Assembly: GCA_031283155.1 (NCBI GenBank)
Contig: JAITCI010000076.1
Span: forward strand, 14,923 to 78,922
Reading direction: 5' to 3'
DNA: 64,000 nt
From: Spirochaetota bacterium
GTDB taxonomy: Bacteria; Spirochaetota; JAGLSM01; JAKPMW01
Shown: piece after piece, positions 9,569 through 19,113 of the stretch
How the letters are laid out: each line of letters begins with the position of its first letter
How positions within the stretch are numbered: the first letter of the stretch is position 1
Made by a program: the position numbers and the translations under genes
The notes under the pieces: generated by a model
The model's database searches: none
Told to the model about the DNA's origin: nothing
The model's input: the letters and a program-made list of their open reading frames with translations, nothing else

Positions 9569-10558
9569 CTATCGCGGGCAGAGCCAGGGATATTTGGAGA
9601 GATATTCCAGAATATATTCCCGGATCGCTTCGTCGAGCGGCGTGAAGGGTTCGGCATAGCCCGCGCGCCGGAGTTTCGTAATATCCGCCTCCGTAAAATA
9701 CTGGTAGCGCTCCCGCAAATCGGGCGGCATATCGGCGTATTGTATCCCGCCGGAAATATTCATGGCGCGCATGACCGCGCGCAGGAGATCGTTAAAGCCG
9801 GAGGCCTTCCCGCTGCCCACGTTGTATATGCCGCAGAGATTTTTGTTCTCCAGAAAAAAGAGGATCACCTTAACCGCATCCTTCACCCAAAGGAAGTCGC
9901 GTTTTTGCTCGCCGTCCGCAATATCGGGACGGTGCGACCGGAAAAGCCGGAATTCCTGTCCCGCGAGAAGCGCCTGGTACGCCTTATGCACAACGCTGCG
10001 CATCTCGCCCTTGTGGTATTCGTTTGGGCCAAAAACATTGAAAAATTTAAGGCCAACCATACGTTTATCCCAGCCCTGCCGGAGTGCCGAGAGATCAAAG
10101 GCGTGCTTGGAATAGCCATAGATGTTTAATGGGCGCAGACGCTCTGTGGCTGCGTCGTCATCGCCCCACCCCTGTTCGCCGTTGCCATAGGTGGCCGCGC
10201 TTGAGGCGTAGATAAACCGGATATTGTGTCTGACACAATATTCCGCGAGCGCGCGGGTGTATGCGTAATTATTTTGCATGAGATAATCGGCATTGGTTTC
10301 GGTGGTCGAGCTGCACGCGCCCATGTGGATGCAAGCCTCAATTCTCGCGCTCTTCCACTTACCGCGCGCAAGTTCCTCAGGAAAGCGATCCGCCGGAATA
10401 AAATCGTGATAGCGAAGATCAACCAGATTCTTCCACTTTTCGCTCTGCCCGCGCGCTGCAAGGCGGTCAACGATAAGGATATCGCGGCGTCCCCGGGTAT
10501 TGAGTCCCCACACCACCGCGCTTCCGATAAACCCCGCGCCTCCGGTAACAATGATCAT
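9569..10558 (-). CDS. hldD: ADP-L-glycero-D-manno-heptose 6-epimerase
   Basis: MIIVTGGAGFIGS, GACSSTTE and YASSAATYG align closely with E. coli HldD/RfaD. Confidence 0.9.
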   Translation of the reverse strand: MIIVTGGAGFIGSAVVWGLNTRGRRDILIVDRLAARGQSEKWKNLVDLRYHDFIPADRFPEELARGKWKSARIEACIHMGACSSTTETNADYLMQNNYAYTRALAEYCVRHNIRFIYASSAATYGNGEQGWGDDDAATERLRPLNIYGYSKHAFDLSALRQGWDKRMVGLKFFNVFGPNEYHKGEMRSVVHKAYQALLAGQEFRLFRSHRPDIADGEQKRDFLWVKDAVKVILFFLENKNLCGIYNVGSGKASGFNDLLRAVMRAMNISGGIQYADMPPDLRERYQYFTEADITKLRRAGYAEPFTPLDEAIREYILEYLSKYPWLCPR

Positions 10559-10597
10559 CGCAATCTCCGATTCAAAAGAGGGTATTCCGGACGCCTA

Positions 10598-10628
10598 TAA
10601 AAAAAGCTGCCCCTGTTTGAGGCAGCTT
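10598..10628 (-). terminator. Rho-independent terminator for the lipoprotein gene (minus strand)
   Basis: AGCTGCC..loop..GGCAGCT stem. On the minus strand it is followed by TTTTTTT, 20 nt after the stop at 10650. Confidence 0.6.
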
Positions 10629-10649
10629 TCAAAGCACCTTGAAGAAATA

Positions 10650-11027
10650 CTATTCAGCAAGGTCAGCTTTTTTTGCGGTCAAGGCAGCGCCAAAATCCTG
10701 GGCTACGGCTGCCATTCCGGTAGCAGCTGTGGTGAGATCCCCGGAAAGGGCCGCAGAAAAATCGACTTTCCCTGTATACTTCTTCTGAAGCTCTTCAGTT
10801 TTGGTCTGGAAATCAGCGTTGAACTCCTGAATCCGTACTTCAATCGCGTCCAGAGCCTCTTTGCTCTCTGCTCCATCAAGCGAAGCATTCAAACCGTTGT
10901 AAAAATCAATGCCATCATTGTACAGAGAGATAGCTTCTTTCTGGTATTCCTTCGCCGCATTGCCGCACCCGGCAACAGCGCCCAGCACAAGGGCAAGAAC
11001 CAGCGCAAAACCAAGCATTTTCTTCAT
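10650..11027 (-). CDS. Small secreted lipoprotein
   Basis: MKKMLGFALVLALVLGAVAGC gives a signal peptide plus lipobox. Strong SD (aaggagattcatt ATG). Confidence 0.65.
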   Translation of the reverse strand: MKKMLGFALVLALVLGAVAGCGNAAKEYQKEAISLYNDGIDFYNGLNASLDGAESKEALDAIEVRIQEFNADFQTKTEELQKKYTGKVDFSAALSGDLTTAATGMAAVAQDFGAALTAKKADLAE

Positions 11028-11144
11028 AATGAATCTCCTTAATTAATTTGGATTATTTGAATAAGCACAGCATGGCTATAAATCTAAGAATTTTGTGCAA
11101 AAAAGCAAATAAATGTTGAAAACTTTATGCGCTCGCCTCTTGCC

Positions 11145-12872
11145 TTAGCTGCTTGTAAGCCATTTGGTTATGCGGTGCAAAAAAGAGAGGGAGCGGGCCG
11201 GCTTTTGCCGTGAAACAGCTTTGTTGCCCATGTCTTCGCGGCAGAGCATATGCCCCTCTTGCAGAATGGGCAGCGCCGCGAGATATGCGGCATGCAGGGT
11301 TTCCGCCTCGCTCGCTCGCGAACACACAAGAGAGCAGACACGCCCGTCGGGGTCATTCCGGGGATAGCGCGCGATACGCATATTCCAGGGTGTTTCCGGC
11401 AGCGCATTTTCCGTGGTTTGCCCGTCTGCAGCACAGCAAGTGTGATCGGCGCGGAACACTATACTTATAGCGTTTCGGCCTGTGGGCTGTATATCCTCCA
11501 TCGCAAGTTCGTCTTTACTTGCGGCGAGGGCGAGTTTTGCCGTGCCGTGGCCGAAGGAAAGAAGATTCACCTCGCACTCGGGCGCTTTCAATCCCAGGCT
11601 GAAACTGCGCAGCATAAGATAGCCTGTTTCACTCTCCCATAGCCGGAGACTCACAAAGCCGCGATGGATGATGCCTTCCCGCCGGAACACTGCCTGGATT
11701 CTTTTGCAAAAGAGCCGATGTACTCTTTCCGGCAGACCCGAGTCGCCGGTATAGGCGGGGGAATATGCGCCCACACCGGCGGTCATACGTCCCTGGTTTC
11801 CGTTTTCAGCGCGCAGCGCGAGATCAGCCGCCCCGAGAATGCGCATACCAAACTTATCGGCGATACCTGTCAGAGCCAGCTCGCGCCCCTGATCGGGTAT
11901 CGCCACCGGAGGCAGGCACACAACCCGTGCCTGCGCGAGCAGGGTGCGGAAATATGCCTCTTCATGCGCGATTTTTACAGAGCGGATCCCGAAACCCACG
12001 GCAGGTATACCGGTCTCGGCAAGAGTTTCCCCAAGTCGCATGAGTTCCTCATTGGCTTCCGCGACTATGGCAAGCGGGATCTCGCTGCGGCGGGCGAAAT
12101 CAATGAGATCATTTTCATTTCCGGTTGAACAAGCGCCAAACCGCGCTTTACCCTGGACAGGCAGTGAAGCTGTCAGGCAGTCGATATCCTCGGCTGACGC
12201 CCGGTACAGCCAGACAAATTCTGTGTCCTCGTTTATGATCAGCGCGCTCGCGAGGGCAAGCGCTTCCGGTCCTCCGCCGAAAACCAGGATCGAGGAAAAT
12301 GTATCCGGGCGGGGAACGCGAATGTGGGCAAATGCCTTTTCGAGCCGGTTTACCCCTTTGTCAAAATTATCAAGCTGGGTATGCAGAAAAGATATCCGCA
12401 GACTGCTTTCCACAGTGATGCGGCGCAGGTTTTCCGCGATTTCTTTTAAGTCCTTCAGGGAACGTTCTACTGTGTCATACCGCGTAATCAGCGAACTGCG
12501 AAGATCGTCGATATCTTTTTGGATCATTTCAGGGAGTTTGGCAGTCGCTTCGGGATTGGGATCATAGTCTCCCTCGCTGAATTGCCGGAGAACGCGGTGG
12601 AGCGCGTCTGTCGGACCGCGAAGTTTTTTTGAGAAGAGGAGCGACCGAATGAGCAGAATCACAAGCGCGGAGAGAATGGCGACAGTTAAAATTCCGCCGC
12701 CGCTCATAAGCACAAAACTGGCAAAGTTATCAAAGCCGAATGTTCGCTTTAATACGCGCGGATCCTCAAGAGCATGTAAAAGGATATACAACAATATCAG
12801 AAGACCCGCCAGGGTGAAGAAACTGATCGAGATAAGTTTACGAATGAGATTTTTATCGGGGGTGCGCTGCAA
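11145..12872 (-). CDS. Membrane-anchored PurD-like (phosphoribosylamine-glycine ligase family) protein with N-terminal TM/coiled-coil region; ATP-grasp lid region shortened
   Basis: C-terminal half aligns to PurD: ILVFGGGPEALALA ~ VLVIGNGGREHALA, GVGAYSPA ~ GGMGAYSPA, GFVSLRLW ~ GFLYAGLM. The N-terminal 200 aa has two TM helices and coiled-coil. The segment between the N-domain and GxGAYSP is about 70 aa shorter than in E. coli PurD. Confidence 0.7.
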   Translation of the reverse strand: MQRTPDKNLIRKLISISFFTLAGLLILLYILLHALEDPRVLKRTFGFDNFASFVLMSGGGILTVAILSALVILLIRSLLFSKKLRGPTDALHRVLRQFSEGDYDPNPEATAKLPEMIQKDIDDLRSSLITRYDTVERSLKDLKEIAENLRRITVESSLRISFLHTQLDNFDKGVNRLEKAFAHIRVPRPDTFSSILVFGGGPEALALASALIINEDTEFVWLYRASAEDIDCLTASLPVQGKARFGACSTGNENDLIDFARRSEIPLAIVAEANEELMRLGETLAETGIPAVGFGIRSVKIAHEEAYFRTLLAQARVVCLPPVAIPDQGRELALTGIADKFGMRILGAADLALRAENGNQGRMTAGVGAYSPAYTGDSGLPERVHRLFCKRIQAVFRREGIIHRGFVSLRLWESETGYLMLRSFSLGLKAPECEVNLLSFGHGTAKLALAASKDELAMEDIQPTGRNAISIVFRADHTCCAADGQTTENALPETPWNMRIARYPRNDPDGRVCSLVCSRASEAETLHAAYLAALPILQEGHMLCREDMGNKAVSRQKPARSLSFLHRITKWLTSS

Positions 12873-13205
12873 GAGGAGCCTTCCGGTACGGATGATGCCC
12901 GCCTTATGAAGCGCGGGCTGCGTTCGTGGTTGAATGGATTATCCAGGGGAGCTGAATTGCCTTGCGTCCCGCATACGGAAGGATACAGAGGCGAAACCGG
13001 ACAAAAGCCCCCTCTGTATATGCGTACCCGCGCGCGTTTTTTCCCCGGTACCCGCAGGCTGCCCTTTCGGGTATCAGGAAGAGCAGGGTAAAAAATACAA
13101 TCGCCGCCCGCTGCATACACCCCCCTGAAATAATAATGCGCTTCTGACTAATAGTAGCTACAATAGCCTTGCGCTATCAAGCCTTATTACACTTGCAGCA
13201 GGAAA

Positions 13206-13985
13206 ATGTGCGCGTTTGAGGAAATCATGGAAGAGTGTTTTACGGTATCCAAAAAATCATTGGCCGCTGCCCTGGGGTTTGCGCGCTTTGCCGTTCTGGG
13301 GAGCGTTTTATGTATTCTGCTTGCGGTTTTCAGTCTCCGGAGTATCGGTTCCGGTTTTGTCATTTGTTCGCTTTTGGCACTGTATTTTCTGGGGATGCTC
13401 ATCTGGCAGTGGCGGCAGTATCGCCTGCTCTCTCGCGCGGCGATCATGCTTGACGCCGATGGCCTCCTGGTGAGTTATGGCGGGAAAGAGGTGCTATACA
13501 CGGGCGAGGAACTCTGCCTGGATCAGGGCTGTCTGCCGCGAGTCCTCGGCTTTGGGAAAAAGATGCAGGTATGCCGCGCTTTTCTTGTCTGCGGGCACGA
13601 ATTGTTTGTGGACGCGGAAACCCGCAGCCGCATGAATCGCGCGGATGCGCCGGTGCTGGGCGGGCGCGCCATTCCGCTCGATGCGGATACCTATACGCGC
13701 CTTCTCAAGAGTCTGGAGCGGCATGGCTGGAACCGCCCCTGTCGCGAGGGCGTGTCGGATGCGGCACCCAAACCCCCTTTGCGTTTCGCCTGGCTTGGAA
13801 CAGGGCTGCTCGCGCTTCTTGCCTCATTTTTTCTCAAGGATGCGCAGTTTTCCGTCGTCTTTCTTCTGGTTGGGATTGGCGGCGTTGGGCTTTTTTTGAA
13901 TACGCTGTATACAAAAAAATTACGCGAACCCCTCGTGTGCGTCCGAAAGCCTCCGTCAGCAGGCGAGAATGAAGCGGGGGATTAG
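13206..13985 (+). CDS. Hypothetical membrane protein
   Basis: Two N-terminal and two C-terminal hydrophobic helices. Start could be the M at 13227. Confidence 0.5.
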   Translation: MCAFEEIMEECFTVSKKSLAAALGFARFAVLGSVLCILLAVFSLRSIGSGFVICSLLALYFLGMLIWQWRQYRLLSRAAIMLDADGLLVSYGGKEVLYTGEELCLDQGCLPRVLGFGKKMQVCRAFLVCGHELFVDAETRSRMNRADAPVLGGRAIPLDADTYTRLLKSLERHGWNRPCREGVSDAAPKPPLRFAWLGTGLLALLASFFLKDAQFSVVFLLVGIGGVGLFLNTLYTKKLREPLVCVRKPPSAGENEAGD

Positions 13986-14035
13986 GCAAAGCTGAAAATT
14001 TGCCCTTGTTAAGCCCGGCGTACTAGCTTCAAAGT

Positions 14036-14400
14036 GTCGTCTCGCGGCGGCAGGGGATCGCGGCAGGATAATTTCGCCGAGGAAAGTCCGGACTCCAGGG
14101 AACAAGAGTACGCCGGGTAATACCCGGGCGGGTACGTGTACCCGACGGAAAGCGCAACAGAAAGCAAACCGCCTTATTTCTCCCTAAGAAATGGGTAAGG
14201 GTGAAAGGGTGGGGTAAGAGCCCACCGCGGTTTTGGCAACAAAACCGGCACGGCAAGCCCCGTATGGAGCAAGTTCAAGCAGTGAACCGGGTTCCCGAAT
14301 GGTTCACGGGTAGAGCGCAATCAGCGTTTGGGGAAACCCGGCGCGCAGACAGATGATCCCCCCAGACAGAATCCGGCTTATAGTCTCCGCGAGACGACGC
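14036..14400 (+). ncRNA. rnpB: RNase P RNA, bacterial type A
   Basis: GAGGAAAGTCCGGACTCC (P4 5' strand), GGGTAAGGGTGAAAGGGTGGGGTAAGAGCCCACC and ACAGAATCCGGCTTATAG (P4 3' strand). The P1 helix GTCGTCTCGCGG (14036-47) pairs with CCGCGAGACGAC (14387-98). Confidence 0.92.
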
Positions 14401-14952
14401 TTATACCCGCGCGCTCTGAAAAGCGATGCTGATGGAAAATGGACCGAATTCTGTTTTGAGCGTTAAAACAATGGTTCTGAGTTCCGGATGGATAAGCTCA
14501 ATGCCCTGTCCCAGATAGAACACAGGCGCGGAGATGCCGCAGTGGATCCCGTTTTCCGCAAGCAGAGTCACCGCGTGCGCGGCGATCTGGTTGCCGAGTT
14601 CAAGCAGGGCGGAGTGGAGAAGCTGGCGAAAATTCGCCGCATCGAGCATACCGGGATCAAGCTGCTTCTCGATCATGGCCCGCGAGAGGCGCACCGCCAC
14701 CCCTTTTGAAAATTCATAGACAATTTTTCCCTCAAGCTGCCCGTGAACGTCCAGGGTCAGCCCCATGCCCGCAGGCGTAAACTTTCCCTGCTGCACCGTA
14801 ACCGTATCCTTCGCTATCGAAAGCCCGGTATTGGCGCGCACGATTTTGACGGCGGATACAATAAAGGGGTTTATGGCGCGCGCGCTTGTACTCAAATGAG
14901 TATCGCGGGCAGCAGGCGCATTTGAGCCGGATTTTTGCATGGCGGTTTCCAT
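14401..14952 (-). CDS. CheC/CheX-like chemotaxis phosphatase paralogue
   Basis: INPFIVSAVKIV and ELGNQIAAHAVTLLAENG fit the CheC/CheX ExxN family. The stop codon abuts the 3' end of rnpB. Start chosen at the first internal Met and remains uncertain. Confidence 0.55.
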   Translation of the reverse strand: METAMQKSGSNAPAARDTHLSTSARAINPFIVSAVKIVRANTGLSIAKDTVTVQQGKFTPAGMGLTLDVHGQLEGKIVYEFSKGVAVRLSRAMIEKQLDPGMLDAANFRQLLHSALLELGNQIAAHAVTLLAENGIHCGISAPVFYLGQGIELIHPELRTIVLTLKTEFGPFSISIAFQSARV

Positions 14953-15080
14953 CGCGGAGTGCTCAGTGCTTCTATACTGGTTTATCGGCAAAAATCCGCT
15001 TCGCAAGAAGCTGTTCTTTTGGACTCTGGACGGGGGCAGCGTATATTTGCGGGTATATCGCGCGTTCGGAGAATGAAAAA

Positions 15081-16364
15081 ATGTCAATGCGGATAGAGCT
15101 TGCGGGGCAGGAAAAAATTCATGCGTACCGAAAGAGCGCCTTCGCGAGCGGACGGCTCCCGCCCGCGATTTTGCTTGTGGGTGCGCCTGTCTCCGGCAAG
15201 GCGAGTCTTGCCCTGGAATTCGCGAAGCAGCACCTCTGCGAATGTGGTACGCAATTCCCCGATGAACCGCCCCTCGCTCCCTGCGGCGAATGTTTTGCCT
15301 GCCGCGAAACCGCGAAGCTCAGGTATCCCGATTTTATAATGTTTTCCGCGCGCGAATTGGCACCGGCCTGCCGCGCCCTGGAAGCGATCATGGGGAGCGC
15401 GCGCGTCCGGCCGCTTCTGTTTGAGACGGAATTTCTCGCGCGGCGCGTTGTGCAGCATCTCCGCAGCGGTTTTTTCAAACTGAAGGACGTTTCCGCGAAA
15501 GAGGCGGAGAGCATTGGCGAAAAGATCGCGGCTCTGGAAACACTTACCCCTGATATCGCCCCCGAATCGCTTACGCTCGCCGACGAAGAAAATATCCGCG
15601 AGCGTCTGGCCGAGGCGATAAACACCATATCGGAACTGGACGCGCTCTCGCAGCACGCCGTTTTGCCTATCGCCGGGATTCAGGAGATAATCCGGCTTCT
15701 TGCGCGGCGGCCGCTTTTGGGGCATCGACGGGTTGTATTCATTGAAGAGATCGAAAAATTCCGGTCGGAGGGCGCGAACGCCTTTTTGAAAACCCTTGAA
15801 GAACCGCCGCCCGATACCCTTATTCTGATGACCGCTTCCAATATTGAGGCTGTGCTGCCCACTATCCGGTCGCGCTCCGCGATCCTTCCCGTTACGCATT
15901 TTACAAAGGCGGATATTCGCAGTATCGCCTTTACATATTACGGCCTGCCGGAGGAGGACGAACCGCTCGGATATACCGGGCGCGATCTCTACGCATATCT
16001 CGAATCGGCGGGCGATACCGCGCGCATCCTGCGAAACGATTTGCAGCGGTTTTTGGATCTGATCCAAACAGCGGATCGTGATCCCGCCTGCTTTGAGTTT
16101 GCGCATGACATGGACAAGCGCAAGGCCGCGCCCGCTTTTTTGTTTGCGCTCTCCGAACGCATAGCGGAGACGATCACCGCGCGGGCTCTCGATCAAAAAA
16201 ACGCCCAGTCTGATCTTTTGGCGCATTACCGCGGGATTTTTCTGCGGCGTATGCTCCGCGAGATACGCACCCTCGCGCGCGGCATACGAAAAAATAATTT
16301 CTCCGCCGCTCAGGGAATAATCGCCATCATGCAGGCTTTCTGGCTGGAGGGCGCGATGCCGTAA
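15081..16364 (+). CDS. holB: DNA polymerase III delta-prime subunit
   Basis: AILLVGAPVSGKASLA (degenerate Walker A), a Cys cluster (CECG..CGEC..C), and ANAFLKTLEEPPPDTLILM...LPTIRSRS, the classic delta-prime motifs. SD ggaga. Confidence 0.85.
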   Translation: MSMRIELAGQEKIHAYRKSAFASGRLPPAILLVGAPVSGKASLALEFAKQHLCECGTQFPDEPPLAPCGECFACRETAKLRYPDFIMFSARELAPACRALEAIMGSARVRPLLFETEFLARRVVQHLRSGFFKLKDVSAKEAESIGEKIAALETLTPDIAPESLTLADEENIRERLAEAINTISELDALSQHAVLPIAGIQEIIRLLARRPLLGHRRVVFIEEIEKFRSEGANAFLKTLEEPPPDTLILMTASNIEAVLPTIRSRSAILPVTHFTKADIRSIAFTYYGLPEEDEPLGYTGRDLYAYLESAGDTARILRNDLQRFLDLIQTADRDPACFEFAHDMDKRKAAPAFLFALSERIAETITARALDQKNAQSDLLAHYRGIFLRRMLREIRTLARGIRKNNFSAAQGIIAIMQAFWLEGAMP

Positions 16365-16551
16365 TTTTTGCGCTATGGCGGAATTTTCTTTTTTTGGGGA
16401 GCAGCAGCGACATCCTGTCGCTGCCAAAAAAATTTGCTCTTGCATAGAAAAATTTGTGCGGTACGGAGCAGTGTGTTATAATGATACACTGGTTAGGATC
16501 GCCTGCTCGGATTTGCCGATGGGCGTTTCGGGATACATAAGGAATGGTATC

Positions 16552-17901
16552 ATGCCTCCCAGGCTCTTAATTCTGGACGATGAACAGACCGTTCGCTCCA
16601 AGGCGGGGGATTTTTTCCGCGCGGACGGCTATGCGGTCAATCTGGCCGAAACTGCGGATGAGGGGCTGCGCATTCTGCACGGCGGAGAGATCGATCTCAT
16701 TGTCGTTGATTTGAGCCCCGGCAAAAGCGGTCAGAATATGATCGACGAGATACTCCGCGATTACAGCGGCATACCGATCATCATTCTGGCCGATCCGCAG
16801 TGCGTGGAAGACGCGATTGCCTGTATGCGCAAGGGTGCCTACGAGTACCGCGCGAAGCCGGTTGATCTGAAGGAACTCGCGCTTCTTGTGCAGCGCGCGC
16901 TTTCGGTGCGCGCCCTCGAAAAGGAAAATGCGAGCCTGCACATTCAGCTTCAGGATCGTTTTGGTCTGACCAATATTATCGGGCGAAGTCCCGAGATGGA
17001 GCATATTTTTGACAAGGTGCGGACAGTCGCGCCCACCAAGGCGAATGTACTTATCACGGGCGAATCCGGAACCGGCAAGGAACTTATCGCAAACGCGATC
17101 CATCTGCTGTCGGAGCGCGCGCGCTTTCCGTTTGTGAAGGTGCATTGCTCCGCGCTTGCCTCCGGTGTGCTGGAGAGTGAACTCTTCGGACACGAGAAGG
17201 GGGCGTTTACCGGCGCGAGCCGGCTGCATCGCGGGCGCTTTGAGCTGGCGAATCGCGGGACCATTTTTCTCGATGAAATTGGTGATATTGACGCTTCATT
17301 GCAGGTAAAGCTCCTGCGCGTACTCCAGGAGCGATCCTTTGAGCGCGTAGGCGGGGAGGAAACCATATCGGTCGATGTTCGTCTGGTGACGGCGACCAAC
17401 CGGGATCTCTTTCAGATGGTCGAAAAAGGGCTCTTTCGCGACGATCTGTACTATCGCCTTAACGTAGTGCTTATCCATACGCCGCCATTGCGGGAGCGCA
17501 AGGGGGACATTCCGCTGCTCGTGAATTCCTTTTTGCGCGAGTATTGCCGTGAAAACGGCATGATCGAAAAAAAGATCGATCAGCGCACCATGGCTGCGCT
17601 GGAGCAATACAGGTGGTCGGGCAATGTGCGGGAGATGAAAAACCTGGTGGAGAATCTTGTTGTGATGAGCAAGGGGCCGATAATTCAATATTCCGACCTC
17701 CCGGATTATATTCGCGAGGAAAAAAAGTCCGATACGATTGTGCTGGCCGCCGGAAAAACCCTGGATGAGTACGAGCGCGAATTGATCCTCGCCACGCTGC
17801 ATTGGACGGGCGGCAATAAGTCCCGCGCGGCCTCGGTACTCGGGATTGGGCGCAAAACGCTCCACCGAAAGCTCGAAGAATACGGGCAAACTGTATCATA
17901 A
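16552..17901 (+). CDS. Sigma-54-dependent response regulator (NtrC-family bEBP: REC + AAA+ sigma54 activation + Fis-type HTH)
   Basis: REC domain (LILDDE..D..), Walker A GESGTGKE, a GAFTGA motif (KGAFTGAS) and a C-terminal HTH. SD aaggaa before the ATG at 16552. Confidence 0.92.
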   Translation: MPPRLLILDDEQTVRSKAGDFFRADGYAVNLAETADEGLRILHGGEIDLIVVDLSPGKSGQNMIDEILRDYSGIPIIILADPQCVEDAIACMRKGAYEYRAKPVDLKELALLVQRALSVRALEKENASLHIQLQDRFGLTNIIGRSPEMEHIFDKVRTVAPTKANVLITGESGTGKELIANAIHLLSERARFPFVKVHCSALASGVLESELFGHEKGAFTGASRLHRGRFELANRGTIFLDEIGDIDASLQVKLLRVLQERSFERVGGEETISVDVRLVTATNRDLFQMVEKGLFRDDLYYRLNVVLIHTPPLRERKGDIPLLVNSFLREYCRENGMIEKKIDQRTMAALEQYRWSGNVREMKNLVENLVVMSKGPIIQYSDLPDYIREEKKSDTIVLAAGKTLDEYERELILATLHWTGGNKSRAASVLGIGRKTLHRKLEEYGQTVS

Positions 17902-17909
17902 TGATACAT
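17893..17909. promoter_or_regulatory. Perfect 7-3-7 palindrome TGTATCA-TAA-TGATACA (candidate bEBP/UAS or operator); a related half-site ATAATGATACA also occurs at 16478-16488
   Basis: Overlaps the bEBP stop codon, lies about 165 bp upstream of the -24/-12 element, and is AT-rich in a GC-rich genome. Confidence 0.4.
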
Positions 17910-18073
17910 TATCGCATTGATTCCGGAGTGGTGGATCATTGTGACACATTGGGTAGGTAATTTCGGAGCACATTGATCAGCACAGGAATAAGCATAATAT
18001 ACATGAATCTTGTAACTTATTGTGCAGCATAGAGTTAAATTCATTTTTGTTTTTTACCATGACAGGCGTAATC

Positions 18074-18090
18074 TGGCATACATAATGCAT
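18074..18090 (+). promoter_or_regulatory. Candidate sigma-54 (-24/-12) promoter TGGCATacataaTGCAT
   Basis: GG and GC are separated by exactly 10 nt as in the TGGCAC-N5-TTGCA consensus. It lies 49 bp upstream of the sigma factor ATG, and the SD aaggag sits between them. Confidence 0.5.
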
Positions 18091-18138
18091 ATAATAAGTG
18101 AGACCTAATCGGATGGGATAAGTGAAGGAGTTTGAAAA

Positions 18139-19041
18139 ATGGACGCTATGCTGGATAATGGTTTGGATAAGGTAAGCTCGTACATCAAAGAAAGCAACCG
18201 CGATGAATTTTCTTCGGGGCCGCTCTCGATTTATCTGAACGAGATCGACAAGATACCGCTTCTGACACGCGAGCAGGAAGTCAATCTTGCCAAGCGGATG
18301 GCCGCCGGGGATTTGCGTGCCAAAGAACTTCTCATCAAGTCGAACCTGCGTTTTGTGGTCAATATCGCGAAAAAATACCGCAATAACGGTTTGCCGCTTA
18401 TTGACCTCATCAACGAGGGAAATCTTGGTCTGATCATTGCCGCCGAGCGCTTTGATTATACCAAGGGGTATCACTTTATCTCGTACGCGGTATGGTGGAT
18501 CCGGCAGTCCATATTGAAGGCGCTCTCGGAAAAAGCGCGCCTTATCCGGCTGCCACTGAACCGCGCCAACGAACTCCTGCAGATCGAAAAGGTGAAGCGT
18601 GAATTTTCCCAGCGGAACGGGGATAATCCCTCGGCGGTGGAGATCGCGGAACTGCTCGATATGAAAAAGAACGACGTGAAGGATATCCTGAACGCCTCGA
18701 AGCAGTATGTCTCCATCGAGTCCCCGCTGGGATCAAGTGACCGCGACGGCAAGCTCTCCGATCTGATTGAGGACGCGAATGGCCGCGAACCCGAGCAGGA
18801 TCTGATCCAAAGAGATCTGAAAGACACGATTCGTAAAACCCTGGAGACTCTCTCCGAGAACGAGCGCGAGGTTATCAAGTACCGCTTCGGGCTTGAGGGT
18901 GTGCGCCCGATGTCGCTGAAGGAGTTGGGCAAGATGTTTGGTTTAACCAAGGAACGCATCCGCCAGATCGAGAAAAAGGCGATCAAGCGGCTGAAGCATC
19001 CCTCCAGGCGGCACAGGCTTGAGGATTACGTAAGCGGCTGA
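18139..19041 (+). CDS. Group-2 (RpoS/RpoD-like) sigma-70 family sigma factor lacking region 1.1
   Basis: Regions 2-4 are clear: SNLRFVVNIAKKY, GNLGLIIAAERFD, FISYAVWWIRQSI, and region 4 LKELGKMFGLTKERIRQIEKKAIKRL. At 300 aa it is too short to be a primary RpoD. Confidence 0.9.
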   Translation: MDAMLDNGLDKVSSYIKESNRDEFSSGPLSIYLNEIDKIPLLTREQEVNLAKRMAAGDLRAKELLIKSNLRFVVNIAKKYRNNGLPLIDLINEGNLGLIIAAERFDYTKGYHFISYAVWWIRQSILKALSEKARLIRLPLNRANELLQIEKVKREFSQRNGDNPSAVEIAELLDMKKNDVKDILNASKQYVSIESPLGSSDRDGKLSDLIEDANGREPEQDLIQRDLKDTIRKTLETLSENEREVIKYRFGLEGVRPMSLKELGKMFGLTKERIRQIEKKAIKRLKHPSRRHRLEDYVSG

Positions 19042-19046
19042 AGCTC

Positions 19047-19098
19047 TTTCCCTCGCTGCCATGACGGCGTCTGTTTTTAGCCGGAGCAGCGAGGGAAA
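19047..19098. terminator. Inverted repeat TTTCCCTCGCTGC..N26..GCAGCGAGGGAAA between convergent genes (possible bidirectional terminator)
   Basis: Perfect 13-bp arms. The inner region has GACGGCGTC + TGTTTTT. Confidence 0.4.
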
Positions 19099-19113
19099 AC
19101 ATATCTCTGCGTA

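Noticed and set aside
9428-10129. 233-aa plus-strand ORF starting in the A-rich repeat region and running antisense through hldD
   Set aside because: hldD on the minus strand aligns end-to-end with E. coli HldD. The plus-strand ORF starts inside a tandem repeat with no RBS.
15084-16445. 453-aa minus-strand ORF opposite holB
   Set aside because: The plus strand carries the classic delta-prime motifs (TLEEPP ... LPTIRSR). The minus-strand translation is Arg/Gly-rich noise.
18089-18094. Sigma-70 -10 TATAAT overlapping the proposed sigma-54 -12 element
   Set aside because: There is no convincing -35 at 17±1 bp. It is kept only as an alternative mentioned in the sigma-54 finding, not as a separate feature.
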